64,000 bases of DNA, from the NCBI GenBank assembly GCA_040220235.1, contig JAVJTO010000006.1; one strand, written 5' to 3'. Shown here in pieces: positions 9,570 through 18,914 of this stretch. Origin of the DNA: Coleofasciculus sp. B1-GNL1-01 (lineage in GTDB: Bacteria; Cyanobacteriota; Cyanobacteriia; Cyanobacteriales; Coleofasciculaceae). The notes beneath the pieces are model-generated. The model was not told the DNA's origin. It saw nothing but the letters and a program-made list of their open reading frames with translations, and did no database searches. Every line of letters starts with the position of its first letter. The first letter of the stretch is position 1. A program made the position numbers and the translations under genes.

Positions 9570-12500
9570 ATGGATAACTATATAGACGAGAGTACCATTG
9601 ATAATCAGGAAGCCTTAGAGGAATTAATCTGGGCAATTGAAGCCTCTGAGGGACGATTTTATATAATGCTAGCGCGTTGTAATTATGCGTATTTGCAAGA
9701 CCGTTTAATCCAGCAGGTGCAAGACCAATGTGTCCTTGATATTCGAGTCATTCACCTGAAGCAATCAGATCGAACCCTTTACTCGACCATTTGCGCCCAA
9801 TTAGGACAGGAAATGCCCGACGCCCTGATGGTATCTGGATTAGCTACGGTGGATAATCTGGATGATATGCTGAGGGCAACGAATCAGGTGCGGGAGGAGT
9901 TTCGCAAGAATTTCCACTTTCCGGTTATTTTGTGGATTAATGATGCAGTTCATGTCAAGTTTCTGAGAATTGCACCCGATTTTGAGAGTTGGACAACGAC
10001 CACTCGATTTGCTATACCAACGAATGAGTTAACTGAGGTTTTACAGGAGACGTTTGAGTCGTTATTGGCGACAGCATTAGCCGTTAATTCCTCTCAATCC
10101 TTATACAACTTAAGCGACGTTTTAGATCAAGGGTGCTTAAGTCGTTCAGAAGTTGACTTGGCGTTAAAAGAGTTACCCCATCGGGTGCAAGACTTAGACC
10201 CCCAGCTTGAAGCGGGATTGCAGTTTATTCGCGGGTTAAATGCTGGAGATAGTCCCGAAGCGTTAGAGTATTTTCAGCAAAGTTTAACATTTTGGCAGCA
10301 GGTAGGGGCGGGTTTAACTGATGACTTATCGGATCAAACCGATAACCTCACTAAACTCGCCCCGATTGACCCCAAAGTCGGGGAACTTGATAACGAAATT
10401 CAATCCACCCCGATTAATTCCAAATTAAAAGCTGGATTGGTTTTATTTCATATTGGACTCTACCACTATCGCACAACTGACCGCCAAAAACACCAGGCGG
10501 TTAACTGGCAAAAATCTAAGATTTACCTCCAGCATGGTATAGACTTATTTGAGCAAGAAAACCGCCCCGATTTAGTAGCAAAATGCATTACTCAACTCGA
10601 ACGAGTGCTGCAACGGATGCAAGCCTGGGATGAATTGGAACAGGTAGCGCAAAAGGCTTTACCTTTACATCAACAGTATGGCAGTACCAGTAAATTAGTT
10701 CAAGATTATAGCTTTTTAGCCGAAGTCGCCTTACAGCAACAGCGCTGGGAGGATGCGCGTCAAGCCGCACAGCAAGCGGAGGATATTATTACTCAACTTC
10801 CGAAACCTAAGCGCTGGATTCAGGGATTAAATTTGCTGTTTTTAGCTCAAGCTGAACGGCAATTAGGAAATAAGCAAGCGGCGATTTTTCATTTAGTTAA
10901 AGCTAGGGAATTAGGTGATTTTCGGCATCCCCTGATTTCTGTTCGCATATTAGAAGAGTTACGAGAACTCTATTTTGAAGAAAGGCAATATTTAGCGGCG
11001 TTTGCGACAAAAAAACAGCGACGTTCCATTGAACAGCAATATGGTATTCGTGCTTTTATTGGTGCGGGACGACTGCAACCGCACCGAGAAGATGCTTCTT
11101 ACTGGTCACGGGATTTGGAAAACCTCTCTCCTGCAAGGAGAGAGGCTTTGGGTTCTTTCTCCTTAAAAAATCAGCAAGAAGCTTCAGTCAAAACAGATAA
11201 CCAAGAGTCAGTCGCACCGGAAATTATCGCCTCTGGACGACAGCGAGATTTAGAGCGCTTATTAGAACGGATTGGACGGAATGATTGTAAATTAATTGTC
11301 ATTCACGGACGTTCTGGGGTGGGAAAAAGTTCGTTAGTGAATGCCGGATTAGTTCCAGCGTTGAAGCACAGAGTTATTGGTACTCAGAAAAATGTTCCGA
11401 TTTCAATCCGAGTTTATACCAATTGGATAGAGGAATTAGAAAAGCAGTTACTTAATGACGATGAACCCGTAGGGGCGGGTTTAGACGATAACCTTTCGGG
11501 AAAACCAATAACCGCTCAACAAAACCCGCCCAATTCTTCTGATTTAGAGGATAACTGTCCCGAAAAACCAACAACATCTCCACCCAATCCCCCTTATTTC
11601 CAAATCCTGGAACAGTTACGACAGGATGAACAGCGTCAGCGGCGGACAGTGCTAATTTTTGACCAGTTTGAGGAATTCTTTTTTGTTTATACCAATGCGG
11701 CTGAACGACGACAGTTTTGGCAGTTTTTGGCAGACTGTTTGAATATTTTATCGGTGAAGGTGATTCTGTCGCTACGGGAAGATTATTTGCATTATTTGTT
11801 AGAGTGCAATCGCCTGGATAGCATGAGTGTGATTGGTCATGACATTCTGGGGAAGAATGTGTTGTATGAATTAGGGAACTTTTCACCAACCGATGCCAGA
11901 GCCATTATAGAAGATTTAACCACGCGATCGCGCTTTTATTTAGAACCTGCTTTAATTGACCAACTGGTGAAGGATTTGGCGGGTAAAACGGGGGAAATCT
12001 TACCGATTGAATTGCAGGTAGTGGGGGCGCAGTTACAGGCGGAAAATATTAAAACATTGACGGAGTATCGGGAGTTAGGCACGAAAGAAGAATTAGTCAA
12101 GCGCTATTTGGAGGAAGTGGTTGAGGACTGTGGCGCTGAGAATCAGCAGGCGGCGGAATTGGTGCTGTATTTGCTGACGGATGAAAAAGGAACTCGTCCG
12201 CTGAAGACTCGCGCTGAATTGGAACGGGATTTAGAGGGATTAGCGGCGGATTTAACCCGGGAAGCGGGTAAATTGGATTTGGTCTTAAGGATTTTCGTGG
12301 ATTCGGGTTTAGTATTTTTGTTGCCAGAAACGCCTTATGACCGTTATCAATTAGTTCATGATTATTTAGCTGAGTTTATTCGTAAGCAGCAGGAATCGAG
12401 GTTAAATGAGTTAATTGCCGAACTGGAAAAAGAACGAGAACAACGCCAAAAGGCAGAGGCGCTTAATCGGCTAGCTCAAGAAGAACTAGAAAGGACGGAA

Positions 12501-15242
12501 AAGAGTAAAAAGGTATTGGCATTGGCTAATCAACAAGCCAAGCGTCGGATTCAGATGGGTTCGGCAATACTGGGTTTAACTCTTGTAGCGGCAGTAGTGA
12601 TATGGATATGGTCAGAAACGAAAGTGTCAACTGCACAACTACAAGTTGAACAAGCCGAACAGCAAGTCAAGGATGCTGACATCAGAGTAAAGGAAGCTAA
12701 TTCTAGAGAAATTCAAGCGGAGCAAAAAGTAAAAACTGTAGAGAAAAAAGTAAGTAACTCTCAAAAAAGAGCAAGAGAAGCCAATCAAAAAGTTGAAGAA
12801 GCTAAGAAGCGTTTAACAGTAGCCAATCGAGAGTTAAATAACGCTCGTCTTAGAGAAGCGAAAGCGAGGCAAAATTTAGATGCAGTGAAAGCAGAACAGA
12901 ATCGAGTTGCTCAAGAGGCACAGCAAAAAATTCAAGTAGCAGAGCGGAAAATCCAAGATGCGGAGAAACGACTGATAACTGCACAGACAAAACGACAGCA
13001 GGCAGAAGTACAAGCAAGAGATGCTCAAACCCAATTTGAGCAAGCACAGATAGCAGTAGCCGAGGCTAAAACACAGTTAGAACTGGCAGATTCGGCACGG
13101 AAAGAAGCCATTATAGGTACTAAATTAGAGCAAGAAGGAGCAAGAGCTTTACTGCAGTTTCAATCGGGTCAACAACTAGAAGGTTTACTTTCAGCGATTC
13201 AGAGTGGGAAAGAGTTGAAGGCTTTGTTAAACGATAAACGTCCTATCCAAGACTATCCCGCGAGTAGTCCTCTATTGGCTTTACAAAGTATTCTTGCCAA
13301 TATCTATGAACGAAATCGATTTAATGGGTATCAAGACGGTGTTTGGGGTGTAAGTTTAAGTCCAGATGGGAAATATATTGCCACTGGAGGCGAAGACGGT
13401 ACAGTCCATATTTGGAATTTAGCAGGACAAAAAATTGCTAAATTGGATGCTCATCAGCGTGAAGTTATGAGTGTCAGTTTTAGCCCAGACGGGCAACGTT
13501 TAGCTACATCTGGAAAAGATGGCAACGCCAAACTCTGGAATTTATCTGGACAACAAATTGCTCAATTTGATGGACATAAAGGTTCAGTAATTTGGGTTCA
13601 ATTTAGTCCAGATGGACAGCGTATAGCAACTACAGGAGGAGATAATACCGTTAGACTCTGGGATTTATCGGGAGAACAAATCGCCTTATTTGATACTAAT
13701 CAGCAAGGAGTGTGGGATGTAAATTTCAGTCCTAATGGACAGTATCTCGCTACCACAGGATTTGACGGCACCGTTAAACTTTTGAATTTGTCTGGACAAA
13801 TCATTGCTGAAATGAAAGGTCATCAAGGAATAGTGCGGAGTGTTAGCTTTAGTCCAGATGGTCAGTATTTGGCTACGGCGGGAGATGACGATACAGTCCA
13901 AGTTAGAAAACTGTCAGGGCAACAAATCAATATAGTAAATAAATTTAAGGGAAATCAGAATGGAATCTGGGACGTAAGTTTTAGTCCGGATGGAAAACGT
14001 CTAGCTACAGCAGGACTCGATGGTACAATAAAAGTCTGGCAACCGTTTGCACGGTTTGCACAGCCAACTGCTGAAATACAGGGTCATCAGGGTATTGCTT
14101 ATCACGCAATATTCAGTTTAGATGGACAATATTTAGTTACTGCCTCTGAAGATGAAATTTCTAAAATTTGGGATATATCAAGTCACTATTTTAGTCAGTT
14201 TATTACAAGTCAGGTTAAAATAAATAATATAATTTTTAGCCCTGATTATAAACATATTGCTACAGTTGGTGCAGATGGCACAGTTAAGATCTGGACTCTC
14301 TCAGGAAAACAGGTTACCCAATTAGAACCGAAACTCAGCAATACTGAAACAGATGAGAACGGAACTCAACTGCGTTTTATACCATATAGTCGATACTTAA
14401 TGAGTGTTGATTTTAGCCCAGAGGCAAACCGTTTAGCTACGGGTGGCGAGGATGGTTTGATTCGCCTGTGGAATTTGTCAGGTCAACAATTAACTGAATT
14501 TCGGAGCCATCAAGAGGTAGTTCGTAGTGTAAGTTTTAGCCCCAACGGAAAACGTCTCGCCACTGTAGGAAAAGATGGCAGTGTTTTTCTGTGGAACCTA
14601 TCTGGTCAAAAATTAGCCGAATTTAAGGGGCATTCAGAGGCATTCCTCAGTGTCAGTTTCAGCCCGGATGGACAACACCTCGCTACTGTGGGAGAAGAGG
14701 GCAGTGTTTTTCTGTGGAACCTATCTGGTCAAAAATTAGCCGAATTCAAGGGGCATTCAGGGGCAGTCCTCAGTGTGAGTTTTAGTCCCGATGGAAAACA
14801 ACTGGCTACTGCAGGAGAAGATCAGACAGCTCGACTTTGGGATTTATCGGGAAAACAAATAGCTCCCTTAAAAGGGCATCAAGAGGCAGTCTTAAGTGTG
14901 AAATATAGTCCAGATGGACAGCGTTTAGTCACAGCAGGAGAAGATGGAATTGCACGACTATGGGACTTATCGGGACGACAAATTGGTCAAATTGATGTAT
15001 ATCAACGTGTTTATAGTCGTGGTGTTTATGAAAACGTATCTCTAAGTGTAAGCTTTAGCCCAGATGGTAAACTGTTGGCTACAGCAGGAGAGTACAGTAC
15101 AGTTAAATTGTGGCGTATGGAAGGATTAGAGGAACTGTTAGAGAGAGGCTGTGATTGGTTGCGCTTCTATTTGAATAACCCCAGTGCCAATCTGAATGAG
15201 AGCGATCGCCGCATCTGCGACGGTATTAATAGTAACAGTTAG
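9570..15242 (+). CDS. STAND (nSTAND1-like) NTPase with N-terminal degenerate ATPase-like/TPR region, TM helix, coiled coil and ~14 WD40 repeats
   Basis: Walker A GRSGVGKSS, Walker B VLIFDQFEE, LSLREDY, YQLVHDYL, TM segment ILGLTLVAAVVIWIW and repeated GH...SVSFSPDG..LATAG.DG...LW. Confidence 0.9.
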   Translation: MDNYIDESTIDNQEALEELIWAIEASEGRFYIMLARCNYAYLQDRLIQQVQDQCVLDIRVIHLKQSDRTLYSTICAQLGQEMPDALMVSGLATVDNLDDMLRATNQVREEFRKNFHFPVILWINDAVHVKFLRIAPDFESWTTTTRFAIPTNELTEVLQETFESLLATALAVNSSQSLYNLSDVLDQGCLSRSEVDLALKELPHRVQDLDPQLEAGLQFIRGLNAGDSPEALEYFQQSLTFWQQVGAGLTDDLSDQTDNLTKLAPIDPKVGELDNEIQSTPINSKLKAGLVLFHIGLYHYRTTDRQKHQAVNWQKSKIYLQHGIDLFEQENRPDLVAKCITQLERVLQRMQAWDELEQVAQKALPLHQQYGSTSKLVQDYSFLAEVALQQQRWEDARQAAQQAEDIITQLPKPKRWIQGLNLLFLAQAERQLGNKQAAIFHLVKARELGDFRHPLISVRILEELRELYFEERQYLAAFATKKQRRSIEQQYGIRAFIGAGRLQPHREDASYWSRDLENLSPARREALGSFSLKNQQEASVKTDNQESVAPEIIASGRQRDLERLLERIGRNDCKLIVIHGRSGVGKSSLVNAGLVPALKHRVIGTQKNVPISIRVYTNWIEELEKQLLNDDEPVGAGLDDNLSGKPITAQQNPPNSSDLEDNCPEKPTTSPPNPPYFQILEQLRQDEQRQRRTVLIFDQFEEFFFVYTNAAERRQFWQFLADCLNILSVKVILSLREDYLHYLLECNRLDSMSVIGHDILGKNVLYELGNFSPTDARAIIEDLTTRSRFYLEPALIDQLVKDLAGKTGEILPIELQVVGAQLQAENIKTLTEYRELGTKEELVKRYLEEVVEDCGAENQQAAELVLYLLTDEKGTRPLKTRAELERDLEGLAADLTREAGKLDLVLRIFVDSGLVFLLPETPYDRYQLVHDYLAEFIRKQQESRLNELIAELEKEREQRQKAEALNRLAQEELERTEKSKKVLALANQQAKRRIQMGSAILGLTLVAAVVIWIWSETKVSTAQLQVEQAEQQVKDADIRVKEANSREIQAEQKVKTVEKKVSNSQKRAREANQKVEEAKKRLTVANRELNNARLREAKARQNLDAVKAEQNRVAQEAQQKIQVAERKIQDAEKRLITAQTKRQQAEVQARDAQTQFEQAQIAVAEAKTQLELADSARKEAIIGTKLEQEGARALLQFQSGQQLEGLLSAIQSGKELKALLNDKRPIQDYPASSPLLALQSILANIYERNRFNGYQDGVWGVSLSPDGKYIATGGEDGTVHIWNLAGQKIAKLDAHQREVMSVSFSPDGQRLATSGKDGNAKLWNLSGQQIAQFDGHKGSVIWVQFSPDGQRIATTGGDNTVRLWDLSGEQIALFDTNQQGVWDVNFSPNGQYLATTGFDGTVKLLNLSGQIIAEMKGHQGIVRSVSFSPDGQYLATAGDDDTVQVRKLSGQQINIVNKFKGNQNGIWDVSFSPDGKRLATAGLDGTIKVWQPFARFAQPTAEIQGHQGIAYHAIFSLDGQYLVTASEDEISKIWDISSHYFSQFITSQVKINNIIFSPDYKHIATVGADGTVKIWTLSGKQVTQLEPKLSNTETDENGTQLRFIPYSRYLMSVDFSPEANRLATGGEDGLIRLWNLSGQQLTEFRSHQEVVRSVSFSPNGKRLATVGKDGSVFLWNLSGQKLAEFKGHSEAFLSVSFSPDGQHLATVGEEGSVFLWNLSGQKLAEFKGHSGAVLSVSFSPDGKQLATAGEDQTARLWDLSGKQIAPLKGHQEAVLSVKYSPDGQRLVTAGEDGIARLWDLSGRQIGQIDVYQRVYSRGVYENVSLSVSFSPDGKLLATAGEYSTVKLWRMEGLEELLERGCDWLRFYLNNPSANLNESDRRICDGINSNS
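10302..10363. repeat. GTAG-type REP-like palindromic element, in frame inside the STAND gene
   Basis: GTAGGGGCGGGTTTA...AAACTCGCCCC, encoding VGAGLTDDLSDQTDNLTKLAP. Confidence 0.8.
11469..11531. repeat. GTAG-type REP-like palindromic element, in frame inside the STAND gene
   Basis: GTAGGGGCGGGTTTAG...CAAAACCCGCCC, encoding VGAGLDDNLSGKPITAQQNPP. It resembles the intergenic copies at 59592-59750. Confidence 0.85.
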
Positions 15243-15299
15243 TCGTTTAGTCAGTGCGCGTAGGCGCACCATTCTTTGTATAGCTGCGATTTCCAATCG

Positions 15300-15485
15300 C
15301 CAGGTATTATCTAATGCCAAAAAATCTGCCTTAACTTGGTCTAACCATTCCTTTTGAGCGGCTGTAAGTTCGGGTAATTCTCCCTGCCATTCCCCAAAAA
15401 ACTGCTCATCCTCAACTTGTTGCAGATTGAACTTTTCTTTGACATCATGCAGGGTTAGTTCACTGGCTTGAATCACTTGTGCCAT
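15300..15485 (-). pseudogene. Truncated N-terminal fragment of a small cyanobacterial restriction-endonuclease-like protein (often annotated as restriction endonuclease subunit R)
   Basis: MAQVIQASELTLHDVKEKFNLQQVEDEQFFGEWQGELPELT...WLDQVKADFL matches the family N-terminus as I recall it. The ORF then runs into unrelated sequence antisense to the STAND gene end. Confidence 0.55.
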
Positions 15486-15599
15486 AATCGTTGAGTCATT
15501 AGCTAGCATTCTTTTAGTATAAGGGTTTAAGCTGCTGATGTAACAGGACGCGATCGCCTCTCTAAAAGGTATCATCTAAGCGTCTCAAAATTGTAATTT

Positions 15600-15668
15600 C
15601 AATAATAGCGAAATCTTTGTAGTGCGTTTAGCGAAGCCATGCCGCAGGCTTTGCATCTTGCTCGCTAA
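15600..15668. mobile_element. Internal fragment of the AGCTG-ended MITE family, reverse orientation relative to 33982-34105
   Basis: caataatagcgaaatctttgtagtgcgtttagcgaagccatgccgcaggctttgcatcttgctcgcta is close to the reverse complement of 34011-34078. Confidence 0.75.
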
Positions 15669-15679
15669 TCATCAGACAA

Positions 15680-15808
15680 GGGCGACCCGATCAAATTGAG
15701 AGGACTAGAGTTTTTAATTTGTGCAAGCGGGTCGCCCCTACCCAAAAATTAACTATCAAATTGAGAGGAATAGAATTGTTAATTCATGCAAGCGGGTTGC
15801 CCCTACAA
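15680..15808. repeat. REP-like GGGCGACCCG / CGGGTCGCCCCTAC elements, partly duplicated
   Basis: atcaaattgagagga and tgcaagcggg(t/c)gcccctac each occur twice. A related arm is at 17776-17792. Confidence 0.65.
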
Positions 15809-15813
15809 GAAAT

Positions 15814-16572
15814 TTAACGATAGATTGCCTGATCAATAGTCACTCGAAAAAATGCTCCTTCTGACTCAAAACGTTCGCTACCAAAATGCCATCCACCTAA
15901 CAAGCGAGTCGGGATAGTGTAGCCGCCAAACGTCCCTTCTGCTTCCACCACACCGCCGAAGTTTTCATAATGAAACTCACCACCTTCAGGATTACCCCAA
16001 CGCCTCAGATTGACACTCTCCAATCCCCCTTGATGATCAACCGTGAGGATCAGGTTGCACCTCTCGCCAAACTGGGTTAAGTTACCATGAGCATGAACGG
16101 TATCGGGTGCAGTCCAGGATATATCCTGTTGACAGAGTACAGACGGTAACCAAATCAATTCTGCCAACATTCGACCCACAGCCGATCGCGTCATATCTGC
16201 ACCTGAATCTGTCATCACGGGAAATAGCCCAAACAGCTTCCACCGCATCCCGCCAACGCCATCCACCAGCCGATCAGATCCCCATATCGGTAAGCCATTC
16301 ATCCGTACCGCCGCCCGCCAAATAAAACCTCGACGCCAAGAGATGACTTGTTCAGCCGTGAAGGGAAGCCAACCCCGCAGTTTAATTTCACCATGCATCC
16401 GCAGTCGCACCGCAGAGGCTAATGGTGTTCCGGGCGCGATCGCATGGTTCAGATAGCGTTGTACCGTATCAGGATACCCTACTAACTGATCGGGTTGAAA
16501 TATCTGTTCGCTGGGTGGCGTTGACTCCCACAACTCGTTTAGGGAAACTGCTTGACTCATCACTACCTCCAA
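15814..16572 (-). CDS. Conserved hypothetical protein (DUF6544-like)
   Basis: P..VQRYL...G......VRLRMHGEIK...W.PFTAEQ...GFIWRA...LAELIWLPS pattern, recognised from memory. Confidence 0.65.
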   Translation of the reverse strand: MEVVMSQAVSLNELWESTPPSEQIFQPDQLVGYPDTVQRYLNHAIAPGTPLASAVRLRMHGEIKLRGWLPFTAEQVISWRRGFIWRAAVRMNGLPIWGSDRLVDGVGGMRWKLFGLFPVMTDSGADMTRSAVGRMLAELIWLPSVLCQQDISWTAPDTVHAHGNLTQFGERCNLILTVDHQGGLESVNLRRWGNPEGGEFHYENFGGVVEAEGTFGGYTIPTRLLGGWHFGSERFESEGAFFRVTIDQAIYR

Positions 16573-16784
16573 CCCTGATTCTTAAAAACAATTGTCCGGA
16601 TTAAATCGTTATAATCCAGTATTTATTATTAGTGAAGCTAACCAATTCATCAGGTTGCTATAGGAAGATACAAATCTGTTCTCAGACTACACAAACCTTC
16701 CCTCTTCCATAATCAGCATTTTCCAATCACGAATCATCAATTACCAGGTTGCAATCCACCTAGTCATAAACCTAGCCAATCCAG

Positions 16785-17723
16785 TTGGCGTTTATAACTG
16801 CTAGTCCTATTGAAATTGTACCGATGTCACGTCACCATTTATCCAGTCCTCAGCGAAAATTCACTCGACGTTCATTTCTAGTCCTAGGTGGTGCAGCTTT
16901 AGCCCAAGGGTTGGGACTTGTTTCCCCAGTTGCCGCCGAGTCTGTCAGTCTTCGCCGCAGTACGATTCTCGGTGTTCCCCTCTATCAAACCCATATTGAT
17001 CTGACCAACCCCGATACATTTATCGCCATTGGTTTAGCTAATAATTCCACGTTGGGAAATCATCAAGGGGCGATTGGCGAGGAATCGTTTGGTAATATGG
17101 TTCGTCGCTATCATGCGGCTGTCGTCGCCAGTGGCACATTTTTTAGTAAAAAAGACCCAAAACGGCTGATGGGAAATATGGTCTCCGCTGGAACCTTTCT
17201 CAAATACAGTCCCTGGGAAAATTATGGCACGACGCTGGGATTACGGGTCGGAAACCAACCGGAATTAGTGACAGCGCGAGTGGATGGAAAGCCAGACTGG
17301 AGTCAACATTGGTTTTCGCTGACTGGGGGTCCCAGACTGCTGAGGAACGGGAAAGTTTGGTTAGCGCCGCGTAGTGAAGGATTTACTGACCCGCGTGTTA
17401 TGGGTGTGGCGCATCGCTGTGCGATCGGGTTTCCCGCTAGTGGCAAAAAATTAGTCTTGGTCACGTTTCTAGCACCGTTACCGTTATGGAAAGAAGCGAA
17501 GGTAATGCGGGCAATTGGGTGCAGCGAAGCGATGAATTTAGATGGTGGTGCATCTAGCGCATTATACCAGAGGGGGAGGATTTTAGTGAATCCTAAACGG
17601 ATGCTCACGAACGCGATCGTGGTGTATGATTCCCATCATCCTGCACCGACATTCTTACGAGAGACTTGGCAGAAGTTTCAACAAGGAGAACGACCTGTTG
17701 TTCCCCAGTTATTCAGAGTTTGA
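16785..17723 (+). CDS. Phosphodiester glycosidase (NAGPA-like) family protein with a probable Tat signal
   Basis: GGPRLL, R.AIG and AMNLDGGASS motifs; TRRSFL twin-arginine signal. The start may be the ATG near 16824. Confidence 0.85.
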   Translation: MAFITASPIEIVPMSRHHLSSPQRKFTRRSFLVLGGAALAQGLGLVSPVAAESVSLRRSTILGVPLYQTHIDLTNPDTFIAIGLANNSTLGNHQGAIGEESFGNMVRRYHAAVVASGTFFSKKDPKRLMGNMVSAGTFLKYSPWENYGTTLGLRVGNQPELVTARVDGKPDWSQHWFSLTGGPRLLRNGKVWLAPRSEGFTDPRVMGVAHRCAIGFPASGKKLVLVTFLAPLPLWKEAKVMRAIGCSEAMNLDGGASSALYQRGRILVNPKRMLTNAIVVYDSHHPAPTFLRETWQKFQQGERPVVPQLFRV

Positions 17724-17816
17724 AGGATTAAAAAATATATCGTCTTAAAAAGAGCGATCGCCTGTTCAGATCCCTGTAGGGGCGACCCGCTTAGCCTAAT
17801 TAACACCACCAGTCAC

Positions 17817-17878
17817 AGGGCGGGTTTACAAAAGTTACCAATTTGGGCTTGCATGTTATAGGTCAAACCCGCCCCTAC
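17817..17878. repeat. REP-like palindromic element
   Basis: AGGGCGGGTTT...AAACCCGCCCCTAC. Confidence 0.85.
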
Positions 17879-17984
17879 AGATTCTCGGGTCGCCTTCGAT
17901 ATGATTAAGACCGATATTACTATCGTTATCGTTGATGGTTCTCTAGAAACAGTTATACCACCTCTAGGGACACGGCACTGCCGT

Positions 17985-18025
17985 GCTGTTATGCATTTAA
18001 ATTGGGTATTAGTAGCGAGCAAGAT
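17985..18025. mobile_element. One-ended fragment of the AGCTG MITE
   Basis: gctgttatgcatttaaattgggtattagtagcgagcaagat is nearly identical to 33983-34023. Confidence 0.8.
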
Positions 18026-18409
18026 ATGCTACTCAGAGATCGAGAGATTTACGATGTGAATCAATCTATCATCGCCGCTGAAACTGGAGTGCCTGTGAGT
18101 GCTGAAGTTCTGGCACTTGTACTCAATAGTCTTGATGACAGTAGCTCTAGAGTTTGGTTAGGTGGTACTGTGTCTATTCCAGAAACAACAGACTCGGAAA
18201 TAATCGATATACTGATTAGTACAGGTTCGTGGGGGGCGGTTTTGTGGGAACCCTTGGCTCATTTAGGTCACATAGTTGTTGTTGATGGAATTGACGAGAC
18301 TGGAAAAATTCTAATTCGTGACCCTTAGGATGCTACAAGTTATAAGATGGATAGAGAAGAATTTATAAATTATTGGAATAGTCAAGCCATTTATTCACTA
18401 AGGCGATGA
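18026..18409 (+). pseudogene. Disrupted C39/papain-like cysteine peptidase
   Basis: GHIVVVDG...ILIRDP followed by TAG at 18326-18328 where TGG (RDPW) is expected. The frame continues as DATSYKMDREEFINYWNSQAIYSLRR to TGA 18409. No upstream catalytic Cys segment is present; the MITE fragment abuts the 5' end. Confidence 0.7.
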
Positions 18410-18900
18410 ACGTAAAAGTTTTATCAATTAAACCCGCCCAAAAGCCTAACTCCTATGAGGTATTGTTGTCGATTGGTGAAAATAAGCACTTATTCAAATT
18501 TACCACTGAAGTTAATCAAGTGGGAGGTCGTCAACTTCAGACAACTCATGGAGAGCGCAGGTTTTTAGATTGGTTCAGGTTTAATCAGCGGGTAGCCATG
18601 AATGTAAGTAAGTTAGTCTCTCAATTTTACAAGAAAGAAGCCGTTGAACTTCCAGCAGATGTCGGTAAATTTGTGACTTCTGAAGAAGCTGTATCAACAT
18701 TGAAGCCATTTAAATGCGATCGCCAGCCAGAAACGGGTGATGGCGGTAGAGAAAGTTTAATTGATCAGGATACAGGAAAGACGAGTCAGGACGTTCGTCA
18801 AAAAGCGATCGCGTTAGTCGAAAACTTGCCAGACTCTTTGCTGGATGAAGCCGTTCACGTTTTGGAATCGTTGTCTGTCAAGGCTAATACTCCAGAGTAG
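18406..18900 (+). CDS. Hypothetical protein coupled (ATGA overlap) to the peptidase pseudogene, with a short helical C-terminal module
   Basis: 164-aa ORF. Its ATG overlaps the restored stop of the upstream frame. C-terminus DVRQKAIALVENLPDSLLDEAVHVLESL. Confidence 0.7.
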   Translation: MNVKVLSIKPAQKPNSYEVLLSIGENKHLFKFTTEVNQVGGRQLQTTHGERRFLDWFRFNQRVAMNVSKLVSQFYKKEAVELPADVGKFVTSEEAVSTLKPFKCDRQPETGDGGRESLIDQDTGKTSQDVRQKAIALVENLPDSLLDEAVHVLESLSVKANTPE

Positions 18901-18914
18901 CGATCGCTGAGAGT

